Below are positions 36,960 through 45,800 of a stretch of 64,000 nucleotides of DNA, one piece after another; positions within the stretch are counted from its first letter, which is position 1, and each line of letters opens with the position of its first letter. The position numbers and the translations under genes were made by a program. The stretch is from a virus, in the IMG/VR virus record IMGVR_UViG_3300021356_000011, positions 1-64,000 of that record; one strand, 5' to 3'. The notes beneath the pieces are model-generated. The model did no database searches. It was not told where the DNA came from and saw only the letters and a list, made by a program, of their open reading frames with translations.

Positions 36960-37507
36960 TGAGCCGAGGATCTGAGCAGCGTATCAAGTATAAGAAGCAG
37001 GACTTTTTGTCGGTGCTGTCAAAGGTTAAGAGCATGAGGAAGGCTTGCAATCTTTGCGGCACGACAATGAGTCAAATTGCCAAGTGGTCAAAAGCTGATA
37101 AGTGGTTTGCTGATGAGCTTAGGAACGCTCAGGCTGAGATTGTAATGGAGCTTGAAACCATTGCATTCGATCAGGCTTTAAGCGGAGATACCAAGCAGTT
37201 GCAGTTCCTACTTAAGTCTTGGGCACCAGAGAGGTATGCACCTAAGACTGGCGTGAATGTCAACGTAAATGAGAAATCTGACATTCGTATCGCAGGTCAA
37301 GATCCCGCTAAAATCAAAGGCGAGATAGCTGATCGTCTATTGTCTGCGATTGGCGATATGCCTGGGGGACAAGAGATAGTAGGGCATGTGAAAGATGGAA
37401 CTTCAGATGCAACCAGAACTGATGATTCAGTACCTTCAAGCAGGAGTGAAGGTAGACTGGATGAAATTGAGGGATCTACAGTTCGAGGTAAACAGTCAGA
37501 TCAGTAG
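36959..37507 (+). CDS. terS: Terminase small subunit (putative)
   Basis: FL..L.....KAC...G......W...D..FA....A...LE..A....LQFLLK...PERY pattern, upstream of TerL. Confidence 0.65.
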   Translation: MSRGSEQRIKYKKQDFLSVLSKVKSMRKACNLCGTTMSQIAKWSKADKWFADELRNAQAEIVMELETIAFDQALSGDTKQLQFLLKSWAPERYAPKTGVNVNVNEKSDIRIAGQDPAKIKGEIADRLLSAIGDMPGGQEIVGHVKDGTSDATRTDDSVPSSRSEGRLDEIEGSTVRGKQSDQ

Positions 37508-37814
37508 CGAATTCATACGAAGGCATATGCAGATAAACATGCAGAAGCTTGAAGAAGAAGCTAGGAATTTGATTCAGGCACGCTTTTTTATTGAAGCTGT
37601 TATCAGGTGTGGTGGTTGGCTTGAGATACATGACGAACACATTTTGATTTGCGATGACGGTGATAATTCTGTCAGCGATGAAATGATAGAGTCGTTCAAA
37701 TGTCTCTGGCCTTATGTACTTTACATCTTTAACGAGCAAGATTTAGAAGAGTATGGCGAGGAAGACGGAAGAGTGGAAACCTTCGACAGTTCAAGAGGCG
37801 GTTGGTCATCTTGA
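37395..37814 (+). CDS. Hypothetical protein
   Basis: ORF bridging TerS and TerL. Confidence 0.45.
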   Translation: MELQMQPELMIQYLQAGVKVDWMKLRDLQFEVNSQISSEFIRRHMQINMQKLEEEARNLIQARFFIEAVIRCGGWLEIHDEHILICDDGDNSVSDEMIESFKCLWPYVLYIFNEQDLEEYGEEDGRVETFDSSRGGWSS

Positions 37815-39225
37815 GCGTCAATTAGAACGTATGTATTTCACGTTCCAACCTCGACCTGACAAGGTTGAAGAGTGGGACATGCAGACAAGCTTCTACAACT
37901 CAAGACACAAAGGCATTACGTTTTTACTGGGAGGGAATGGAGCAGGGACAACAACACTGACGCTTGCAAAAGCAGTTAAGTTTCTGCTTCGAGACCAGCC
38001 GCCACCTCGACCTGCAACTCCATTTTGGATCATCTCGGAAGGTTATCCGATGGTCATGGACGTTGCTTGGAACGAGAAGATGTGCGGGAGGGGAATGTTA
38101 CCAGAGGAAGAAGTGCAGTGGGACAAGGTTGATTGGTATAAGCCTAATCAGAACTGGCCCTTTCGTATTCCTCTGAAGCCTTGGCCTGGGCACGATCCAA
38201 ACAACTACTGGGTGATTGAGCTTAAGTCTTATGATCAGGGTCGATCAAAGATGCAGGCTTCATCTATTGGTGGTTTTGTTTTCATTGAGCAATGTCCATT
38301 CTCCTTGATCGAAGAGGTGCTTCGTGGGTGCCGAGACTATAATTTCCCAGGTGCTAAGCTTGCTGAGTTTACTCCTATTGATCCTCATCTATCTCGCCCA
38401 CTCGAAGACATGATCAATAACGGTACGCTGCCAGAAGACTGGGCTGTGTACTACTGCAATACAAAGTGTGCTGTAGAGGCAGGTCATGTAGACAAAGCTT
38501 GGTTTGACGAGTTCTTCGGGATGGTTTCCGAAGAGATGCGTGAAGTCAGAATGCGTGGTGCATTCGCAAGCTTTGAAGGTCTCGTTTACCCTACGTTCAA
38601 TCCCCGCATCCATACAGATTCTGATCTAATAGACAGCTTCACAGATGGCATGTACCACTATCGTGCAATCGACTGGGGTAGTGGTCCTGAAAATGCTTTT
38701 GTTTGCTTGTGGGCGGCAAAGGATTCTGTGGGAACGTGGTACATTTACGACGAGTATTACAGCACCGATCAGAACATGACCTACATGGATCATGCGGATC
38801 GGATTTACAATAAGCACCCTTGGCCTAACGATGCTTGGCATGGACCTACATACGGTGACCCTGCATCTCCAGGCTTGGCTCGATTGTTTACACAGTCAGG
38901 CATTCCAATTGTGGGTGCTAACAACCAAGTGATTGAGGGTATTGAAACTGTAAGGGTCGCTTTGCAGCTAAACAACGGCGACCCCAAAGTGGTGATCGAC
39001 AGAGATCGATGCCCTAATTTAATTCGTGAACTTCAAACTTATGTCTGGGAGAAAAGTAAAGGAGGCAAGTTCACTAGGAATGCAGCACCAAGACCATTGA
39101 AGAGAGACGATCACTCTTGCGATGCGTTGAGGTATTTACTTCATACGAATAGCAGTGCTGCTGGTAAAGGCTCGGTTACGGGAGGGAAGATCAAGCCTAA
39201 GAACCGCAAGAGGTTCATCAACTAA
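37753..39225 (+). CDS. terL: Terminase large subunit
   Basis: ATPase-like N-terminus (GGNGAGTT, KSYDQGR, FTP); RNase H nuclease motifs AIDWG, GDPA, DDHSCDALRY. Confidence 0.88.
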   Translation: MARKTEEWKPSTVQEAVGHLERQLERMYFTFQPRPDKVEEWDMQTSFYNSRHKGITFLLGGNGAGTTTLTLAKAVKFLLRDQPPPRPATPFWIISEGYPMVMDVAWNEKMCGRGMLPEEEVQWDKVDWYKPNQNWPFRIPLKPWPGHDPNNYWVIELKSYDQGRSKMQASSIGGFVFIEQCPFSLIEEVLRGCRDYNFPGAKLAEFTPIDPHLSRPLEDMINNGTLPEDWAVYYCNTKCAVEAGHVDKAWFDEFFGMVSEEMREVRMRGAFASFEGLVYPTFNPRIHTDSDLIDSFTDGMYHYRAIDWGSGPENAFVCLWAAKDSVGTWYIYDEYYSTDQNMTYMDHADRIYNKHPWPNDAWHGPTYGDPASPGLARLFTQSGIPIVGANNQVIEGIETVRVALQLNNGDPKVVIDRDRCPNLIRELQTYVWEKSKGGKFTRNAAPRPLKRDDHSCDALRYLLHTNSSAAGKGSVTGGKIKPKNRKRFIN

Positions 39226-39235
39226 GGACAACGTA

Positions 39236-39649
39236 ATGGCAGTAGTCGGCAACTTTGATCGTAGCCGATACCTAAGCAGAGCTGAGATATGTGATTTCCT
39301 GACAAGGATGACAGGCAAGGTGATTACACCAGAGCTAGTTACTGCTTGGTGCAAAGGTACGATGACGAGGAAGTATAGCGCCGTGAAGCATAATGGCGTT
39401 TACTATCTTCCAGACAAGGAAGTGATAAAGATCATGCACGACATAAGGAGTGGTGATCAGTTAGTTACGATAACATCTGAGAAAGACGATATAGCTTTAC
39501 GAAGAAATGCTACGCACATTGATATAAAAGTATCAAACAAGGCAGTAAAGGAATGTGCAAGCAAGGTTGTGAGCCATATCAAACCTGTGTTTTACAAGTG
39601 TTTCATCGATAAAGTTAAAAGCGGGGAAGATTTAGATGAAGTCAGATGA
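39236..39649 (+). CDS. Putative HTH DNA-binding protein
   Basis: YLSRAEIC.FL......T.E.V.AWC.G excisionase-like HTH. Confidence 0.45.
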   Translation: MAVVGNFDRSRYLSRAEICDFLTRMTGKVITPELVTAWCKGTMTRKYSAVKHNGVYYLPDKEVIKIMHDIRSGDQLVTITSEKDDIALRRNATHIDIKVSNKAVKECASKVVSHIKPVFYKCFIDKVKSGEDLDEVR

Positions 39650-39971
39650 AAGCCAGCAGGCACTAATTGACCTGCACAGGAGCATGACGGATCGATGCTT
39701 AAGTACGATGATTGCCAAAAACAACGATTACGCTAACCCAGAGCATGCGAGGAATCCATTTGCAAACTTTGATGCGAGTCGTGTGTTTGGTATTCACCCT
39801 GCAATGGGTGTGCTATTGAGGGTTCAGGACAAGCTTAAGAGGATCGAGTCATTCGTGAGAAATGGTGAGCTTTCCGTGAGTGAAGAGTCGTGGATGGATT
39901 CATGCGAGGATGTGATTAATTACATGGTCTTGATGGCTGCGATTCTGAAGAGGGAAGCTGATGACGAATAA
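39636..39971 (+). CDS. DUF1599-like nucleotide-modification-associated protein
   Basis: KNNDYA..PFANF..GVLLR..DKLKRI..V..ES..D...DVINY. Confidence 0.7.
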   Translation: MKSDESQQALIDLHRSMTDRCLSTMIAKNNDYANPEHARNPFANFDASRVFGIHPAMGVLLRVQDKLKRIESFVRNGELSVSEESWMDSCEDVINYMVLMAAILKREADDE

Positions 39972-40194
39972 TCTCACACATGTGATGTCAGTAGCTGAAG
40001 GTCTTGAGGTCAAAGGCGAACTCGTTGCAAGAACGACGTTAGTGGCTTGTGCCCTTGAGATATCGGAATTGCGAAAATATATGGTTCAACTACTTGATGG
40101 TAAAATAGAGGAAAAGAAGTTGCCTCGTTCCTTGCAGGACAGCTTAGAGCAGATACGGGAGGACGAAAAGCGAGCAACGTACTGCCGCCGCTAA
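39961..40194 (+). CDS. Hypothetical protein
   Basis: Overlapping operonic ORF. Confidence 0.45.
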   Translation: MTNNLTHVMSVAEGLEVKGELVARTTLVACALEISELRKYMVQLLDGKIEEKKLPRSLQDSLEQIREDEKRATYCRR

Positions 40195-40231
40195 ATGTCT
40201 GCTGGGTTGAATGCGCAACCTGGGAGCCAGT

Positions 40232-40507
40232 ATGAGAGTCAAGATACTATCGAAGTGCTGGACATTTATAAGAGTCAAGGATTTGTACACAGAGGGAGGG
40301 GCTTATGGTCAGATAGAACATCCAGGCAAGAAAGGGAAAACCCTTAAGGTGGATGATTCTTTGACCAACCGTCATGAACTAGAGATTATCATCCATGAAT
40401 TCTTACATGGGGCTGATTGGTCTAAAGACGAAGAATGGATTGAAGAAACGTCAGAAGACCTGTCTCGTTTTTTGTGGAGATTGGGATACAGAAAATGCGA
40501 GTCTTAG
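40232..40507 (+). CDS. Small HExxH metallopeptidase-like protein
   Basis: LEIIIHEFLHG..W...EE. Confidence 0.6.
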   Translation: MRVKILSKCWTFIRVKDLYTEGGAYGQIEHPGKKGKTLKVDDSLTNRHELEIIIHEFLHGADWSKDEEWIEETSEDLSRFLWRLGYRKCES

Positions 40508-41193
40508 CTGTTGGAGATATGCACCTCCCATTTGTGCATCCGATGTATTTGAGCTTTTGCCAAGATCTATACAAGCTCTGGTCATGCGACAAGGTGGTCC
40601 TGATCGGAGATGTTGTGGATGCTCATGCTTTGTCTTTCTGGGATACAGATCCCAATGGACTATCAGCAGAGCAGGAAGCAATACAGGTGTTAGATAGCCT
40701 GGAGGTCTGGAAGTCAGCGTTCCCTGGTGCATTGGTCTGCATTGGCAATCATGACGAAAGGCACTTCAGGAAAGCTAGGAAGTCTGGCATACCTGACAGG
40801 TATCTGAGAACTTATAATGAAATCTATGGCACTCCTACCTGGGAGTGGGACTTTGATCACCATGTAGATGGTGTTTTATATACCCATGGAACGGGATGTA
40901 GCGGCAAGGATGCTGCAATTAATCTAGCTATTCAGAAGCGTAGTAATATTGTGATGGGTCACACTCACACTTGGGGTGGTGTAAAGTATCATTGCAATGA
41001 GAGCAGTCGAATCTTTGGTTTAAACACAGGATGTGGTATTGATGTCTCGGCGTATGCATTTGCTTACGGTGCCCATCTGCCCAACCGTCCCACCTTGGGT
41101 GCAGGCATTATTATCGATGGCAAGGAAGCCTACTTCGAGCCAATGGCGATAAATGAGGGTGAGGACTACCACAGGAGCAAGCAGGATGGCTAG
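40495..41193 (+). CDS. Calcineurin-like metallophosphoesterase
   Basis: GDMHLP, GDVVD, GNHD, THG, GHTH. Confidence 0.9.
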   Translation: MRVLAVGDMHLPFVHPMYLSFCQDLYKLWSCDKVVLIGDVVDAHALSFWDTDPNGLSAEQEAIQVLDSLEVWKSAFPGALVCIGNHDERHFRKARKSGIPDRYLRTYNEIYGTPTWEWDFDHHVDGVLYTHGTGCSGKDAAINLAIQKRSNIVMGHTHTWGGVKYHCNESSRIFGLNTGCGIDVSAYAFAYGAHLPNRPTLGAGIIIDGKEAYFEPMAINEGEDYHRSKQDG

Positions 41194-42253
41194 AGGCAAT
41201 CGCTTATTGCAGGCGGCAATCAACCTCGCCAAGTCTAAGAAGAAGCCTAATATCCCAGTATTTTCAATGCTTGGCAGTGAATTTGGTCCTGCTGGTCGTC
41301 TTCTGGGTGGGCTGATAGATGTCTTTCGTGTTGGAGGAAAGGTATCCCAGGAAGATGTCAGCCGCAGTAAAACGGTGATGGAAGAGGCTGGGTTGCCTTT
41401 AACGCCATCTGGGATTCGAGTGGTGGATCTCAGGGAATGGGCTTCCCAGCAGGGTTTGGATCCAGAGTCGCAGTTTCTAGTTGATACGGTTCCAGACTAC
41501 AGAACTAAGATGCTTTCTCCCAGTTCACCTGAAGAGCTACCTCCGACCAAGGGTGGATTACCTGGGCCAAGATCTAGAAAAGCAATTCCTGATATCGATA
41601 CGGATCGTGGAAGAGAGACCACTCCCCTAGTGAAGCGTGTTCGTCAGGTAGGAAGATCAGGGGCTTCCAGGCGTAGAACATCGACTCAGGACCAAGATCC
41701 TCAGTTTAATGACTATGTGCTTGGAGGATTGATGCCTCCTGGGCCAAGCGAGCCTGATGTGTTTGCCAATGAGCAGATATTCAAAAGCTCATCCAGCAAT
41801 GTCTATTCCATGGCTTACGATGAATTGCGAGGAATACTGTATGTGACCTACAAGGCTCCTGGGAGCATTGGGAGGGTGGGTGATATCAACTCATGTACAG
41901 GTAAGGAGTACACATATGCCATACGACCTGAAGAGCGAGGTCCAATGTATGCATATGGTGGGGCTGGCAATCCAGTCCCTAAAAGTGTTTGGGAGGAAGC
42001 TAAATCCACAGCATCCGCAGGTAAGTTTGTTTGGGACAAGCTGAGGGTATGCGGGTCATTTACTGGTCACCAATATAAGTACACACTTGTCTCGCCAAGC
42101 ATGAGTGGGTCACTATATATCCCTAGAAAAGCTGTTATTTACAGGGATCCAGAGACGAATGAAGGCAAGCTGGGCTTTAGGGTCAGAGCAGTGCCCACAG
42201 TTGGCAGAGGTAAAAGACCATACCTAACATCTGACGGTGACTATGTAACATAA
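41186..42253 (+). CDS. Protein with C-terminal KTSC-like domain
   Basis: SSNVYSMAYD....LYVTY ... Y.Y ... VP..VW.....ASAGKFV...LR. Confidence 0.55.
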   Translation: MARGNRLLQAAINLAKSKKKPNIPVFSMLGSEFGPAGRLLGGLIDVFRVGGKVSQEDVSRSKTVMEEAGLPLTPSGIRVVDLREWASQQGLDPESQFLVDTVPDYRTKMLSPSSPEELPPTKGGLPGPRSRKAIPDIDTDRGRETTPLVKRVRQVGRSGASRRRTSTQDQDPQFNDYVLGGLMPPGPSEPDVFANEQIFKSSSSNVYSMAYDELRGILYVTYKAPGSIGRVGDINSCTGKEYTYAIRPEERGPMYAYGGAGNPVPKSVWEEAKSTASAGKFVWDKLRVCGSFTGHQYKYTLVSPSMSGSLYIPRKAVIYRDPETNEGKLGFRVRAVPTVGRGKRPYLTSDGDYVT

Positions 42254-42285
42254 CTAGATTATGTCAACCAAAGCTAATTGTGTAG

Positions 42286-42315
42286 AATGCCCACCTAAGC
42301 CGTGGGCATTTTTTT
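42286..42315 (+). terminator. Rho-independent terminator
   Basis: AATGCCCAC-CTAAGCC-GTGGGCATT followed by a T run. Confidence 0.7.
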
Positions 42316-42331
42316 GTTGGGGTTTGCCAAA

Positions 42332-42802
42332 GTGTATTACTCATACGAAGAAATAACCGCAGAGGACTGGGAAGAGTTTGCTGAGTGGGCATATGCAGAG
42401 AACTGCATTAGCCTGGAAGAGCTAGACAGTCTTCTAGATACCAAGAGGTATCGCTTTAGGGCAGTGCTTCGTTGCCATGAGAATGTCAAAGATAGTGACG
42501 ACTACTGCCTGTTTGTGACCTATAGCAGGAAGAGCAAGGTGATAGAGATTGGATCGTTCTTTACGATTGGTAGATTTTCACCTTCAGCATTTGCTTGCTT
42601 GATTAAGAGCTTCAAAGTTGACGCTCATCGTTACAGCAGAAGAGTTGAAATGGTTGTGTCTGATACAAACTCTCAATGTCACAACCTTCTAAAGAACATG
42701 AAGTTCAAGTCGCAGGCTGTTCGAGTTCCTGAATATGTAGGATCCGATGGCGTAACTAGCGAGCATCTATACAAATTCACCTACATCCCTGAGTCAAAAT
42801 AG
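42332..42802 (+). CDS. GNAT/RimI-like acetyltransferase (divergent)
   Basis: V.DTN..CHNLLK.MKFK resembles the GNAT motif B V.E.N..A..F....GF. Confidence 0.45.
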   Translation: MYYSYEEITAEDWEEFAEWAYAENCISLEELDSLLDTKRYRFRAVLRCHENVKDSDDYCLFVTYSRKSKVIEIGSFFTIGRFSPSAFACLIKSFKVDAHRYSRRVEMVVSDTNSQCHNLLKNMKFKSQAVRVPEYVGSDGVTSEHLYKFTYIPESK

Positions 42803-42811
42803 GGCATCCTT

Positions 42812-45800
42812 ATGTCTATCATCGTCAACGGCAAAGAGTATCCAGACGAGCGTTCGGTCCCAGAGCAGTATCGAATGCAGACCCAGATGGGAACACGGCA
42901 GCGAGATCCTGGGAACTTCAGCCCAGACCTAGCTCCCAATGTAGGTCGCAGCGTATTACCGCATGTGACTACGTTCTCAGGCATGATGTCTACTCTTGCC
43001 AGGACTTATCGTCAGCATGACGAGGCGATTAGGCACAATAAGCACAACGCAAATATGATGCGTCGTGACCCTATGATTATGGGTCCACTGTTTGCTCGAC
43101 AGATGGCAGTGGCTTTGCTCCAATGGCAAGTGCAGCCAGAGGATAGTAGCGATGAGAAGCAGGTGCAGGTCGCTAAAGAATTGACCTTCATGGTTTCTCG
43201 CATTCCTCGGTTCCGAGAATACCTTCGTAACTTGATGGAAGCAGTTTGGTATGGTCGATATGGCATTCAAAATGTTTGGGGGTTCACTAGGGACAGTCGC
43301 GGTGTTCGTTATCGCACTGTTGTTGATTGGGTTCCCGTCAATGGTGACAAACTTTTGTTTCGTTATGATGATGGGACTGGGCGTTATGACCATGATGAAA
43401 TTGGCGTCAAAGTCTCAGTAGCTCATGTCAAAGATGACATCTGGGCTGGTAAGCCTGACATTGAGTGGAACTCTGAAGGAACAGGTGTATTCCTTCGTCG
43501 ATGGGAGCGTAGTCGTTTAGTCGTCCATAAGAACTTCATGATGGACGGTGACTACGAGGATCCAACCACCGCAGGCATGATCCATGGTGTTGGTCTTCGA
43601 CACTTCTTGTATTGGTCTTGGTATCAGAAACAAGAGACTCTCGCTCAGCTTGCAGAAGTGGTTGAGCGAGCAGGTATGGGTTTCACTGTCTACACTTACC
43701 CTGCCGGTAATGCCCAGGCACGAGAAGAGGTCGAGCGTCTAGCAGAAGAGCAGGCACATAAGAATCAAATCGTGCTTCCAATGGAAGTGTCGAATCCTGA
43801 TGCCTACAGCATTCAACAGATCCCACCAAATACGCAAGGCATCATGGCTTTGCAGTCTTTGATTGATGACTACTTTGGTAGCTGGATCATCAAGTTCATC
43901 CTGGGTCAAACACTATCGTATCGAGCAGAAGCGGGTACGCCAGGAATCTCTGATCTGCATCGCGACAGCTTCTTGCAGATTGTGAAGTACGACAGTCTTG
44001 GTGTTGAAGAGACTGTCACCAAAGATCTGATTCGTATGCTGTTGATGTTCAACTTCCCTTCGTATCAGAACGTCAACTTCCAGTTCAAACTGAACACAGA
44101 AGAAGCAGTGCCATTAGAGAAACTGCAAGCACTGCAAGCTGCCTGGAGTATGGGGGCGAAGATTAAATCTGAAGACGTTATGGGTCTTATCGGATTGAAT
44201 GTCGCAGGTGCCACAGATCAAGCTCTCTACAATCCTCAAGTTCTAGCATCACTCAAAGAGTACGAGATGATGGAAGAGCAACAGGAGAAAGAAGAGGAGG
44301 GTGGTCAAGGAACGCAGATCACTGAAAGCCAAGACGAAGCGTTGGCTGCAATGCTTGGTCCTGTCATGCAATCAAAGAGGTACTCCAAATACAGCAATGA
44401 AGATAATTTTGATGTATTTGACGATGCTGATTTTGAAGGCAGTGCTGATGTTCCAATGCCTTCTACTGTCATGCCAACGGGAGAGCAAACAGAAGATCGC
44501 AAAGAGTTAAGGGATGAGTTTGATCCTAAGTTGGACCAAGTCAAGTCAGACGCCACTTTGCATCCAGAAAAGGAAGAGTTTTTCTCCGAGTCTAAAGTGC
44601 GTGACAATGATGGCAAGCTGCTAGTTTTGTATCACGGTACTCCGAATGGAAAATTAGTCCAGCATGACAGAAGACTTTCGGGAGATCCAGATTTAGCTTC
44701 GCATGGTCAAGGTTATTATCACACTGACAACTTAGATGCGGCGAAAGATTATGCTCTTAATAGCGACGGAACAGGGGAAGCGAATCCCGCCGTACATGCT
44801 GTCCATTTAAATATTAAAAATCCTTTTGATGTTAGCAAAGATGAGATTGATTCTAAAGACTTTATTAGTTGGTATAAAGGAACAACTGGGGACGCTGAAT
44901 CTGCGAAGAAGATGATGCAAAAAATTGATGAGATGTCATCTAACGCAGGAAAAATTCCTAGTGACTATGAAAGTCTTAAAGCTTTAGGTGGAGGCACTCA
45001 AAAATATCTTTCGAGATACTTGAGATCAAAGGGGTTTGATGGATTGAAAGCACAGGGCAGTCATGGGCGTCCTGGTCAGCGTTCGATAGATCACACAATC
45101 TACATGGCTTTCCACCCAAGTCAGATTAAATCGGTGAGCAATGTAACGCCATCTGGCGATCCAAGGATGGACTATGTCAAGGACGAGTATGCTAAGAAGA
45201 GCGAAAGCGGGAACTACAAGCCAACTAAGGGAATGATTGGCAATGCTAAGAGAGGCTTGGAACTACGCAAGAAGCACGAGAAGGGCGGGACCGCAGTAGG
45301 TGTTGCTCGTGCTAGAGATATTATAAATGGCAAAGACCTTAGCTTCTCTACCGTTAAACGGATGCACTCATTCTTTAGTCGCCATGCTGGGAACGAAGAG
45401 GGTGGTGAGGATGATGCTGGTTACATCGCATGGTTGTTGTGGGGTGGTGACAGTGGACGCAACTGGGCACGCAGTATTGTAGAGTCAGAGCGTAAAAACC
45501 AAGCTGGCGACGTTGACAATGAAGGTGATCCATCAGTCATTGATACGCCAGAGGAAGACCTGACGGAGCCTGCTCCACAAAGAAGAGGTGAGGACAGCCT
45601 CTTCGGTGCCATTGCCTCTGGTGCGATGGAGGGTGCAACTCGTGGTGCTGCTAGAAGACTGACTGGTCAACAGGGATTCCAGTTTGCTAAAGATGAAGAT
45701 GATGATGGTCTTCGCCAGGGCGGTTTGTTTGACGATGTGCCTGTTAAGGATGACTACATCCCCAAGAAGAAAGAGCCTAAAGCACCTAGCAACGAAAGGC

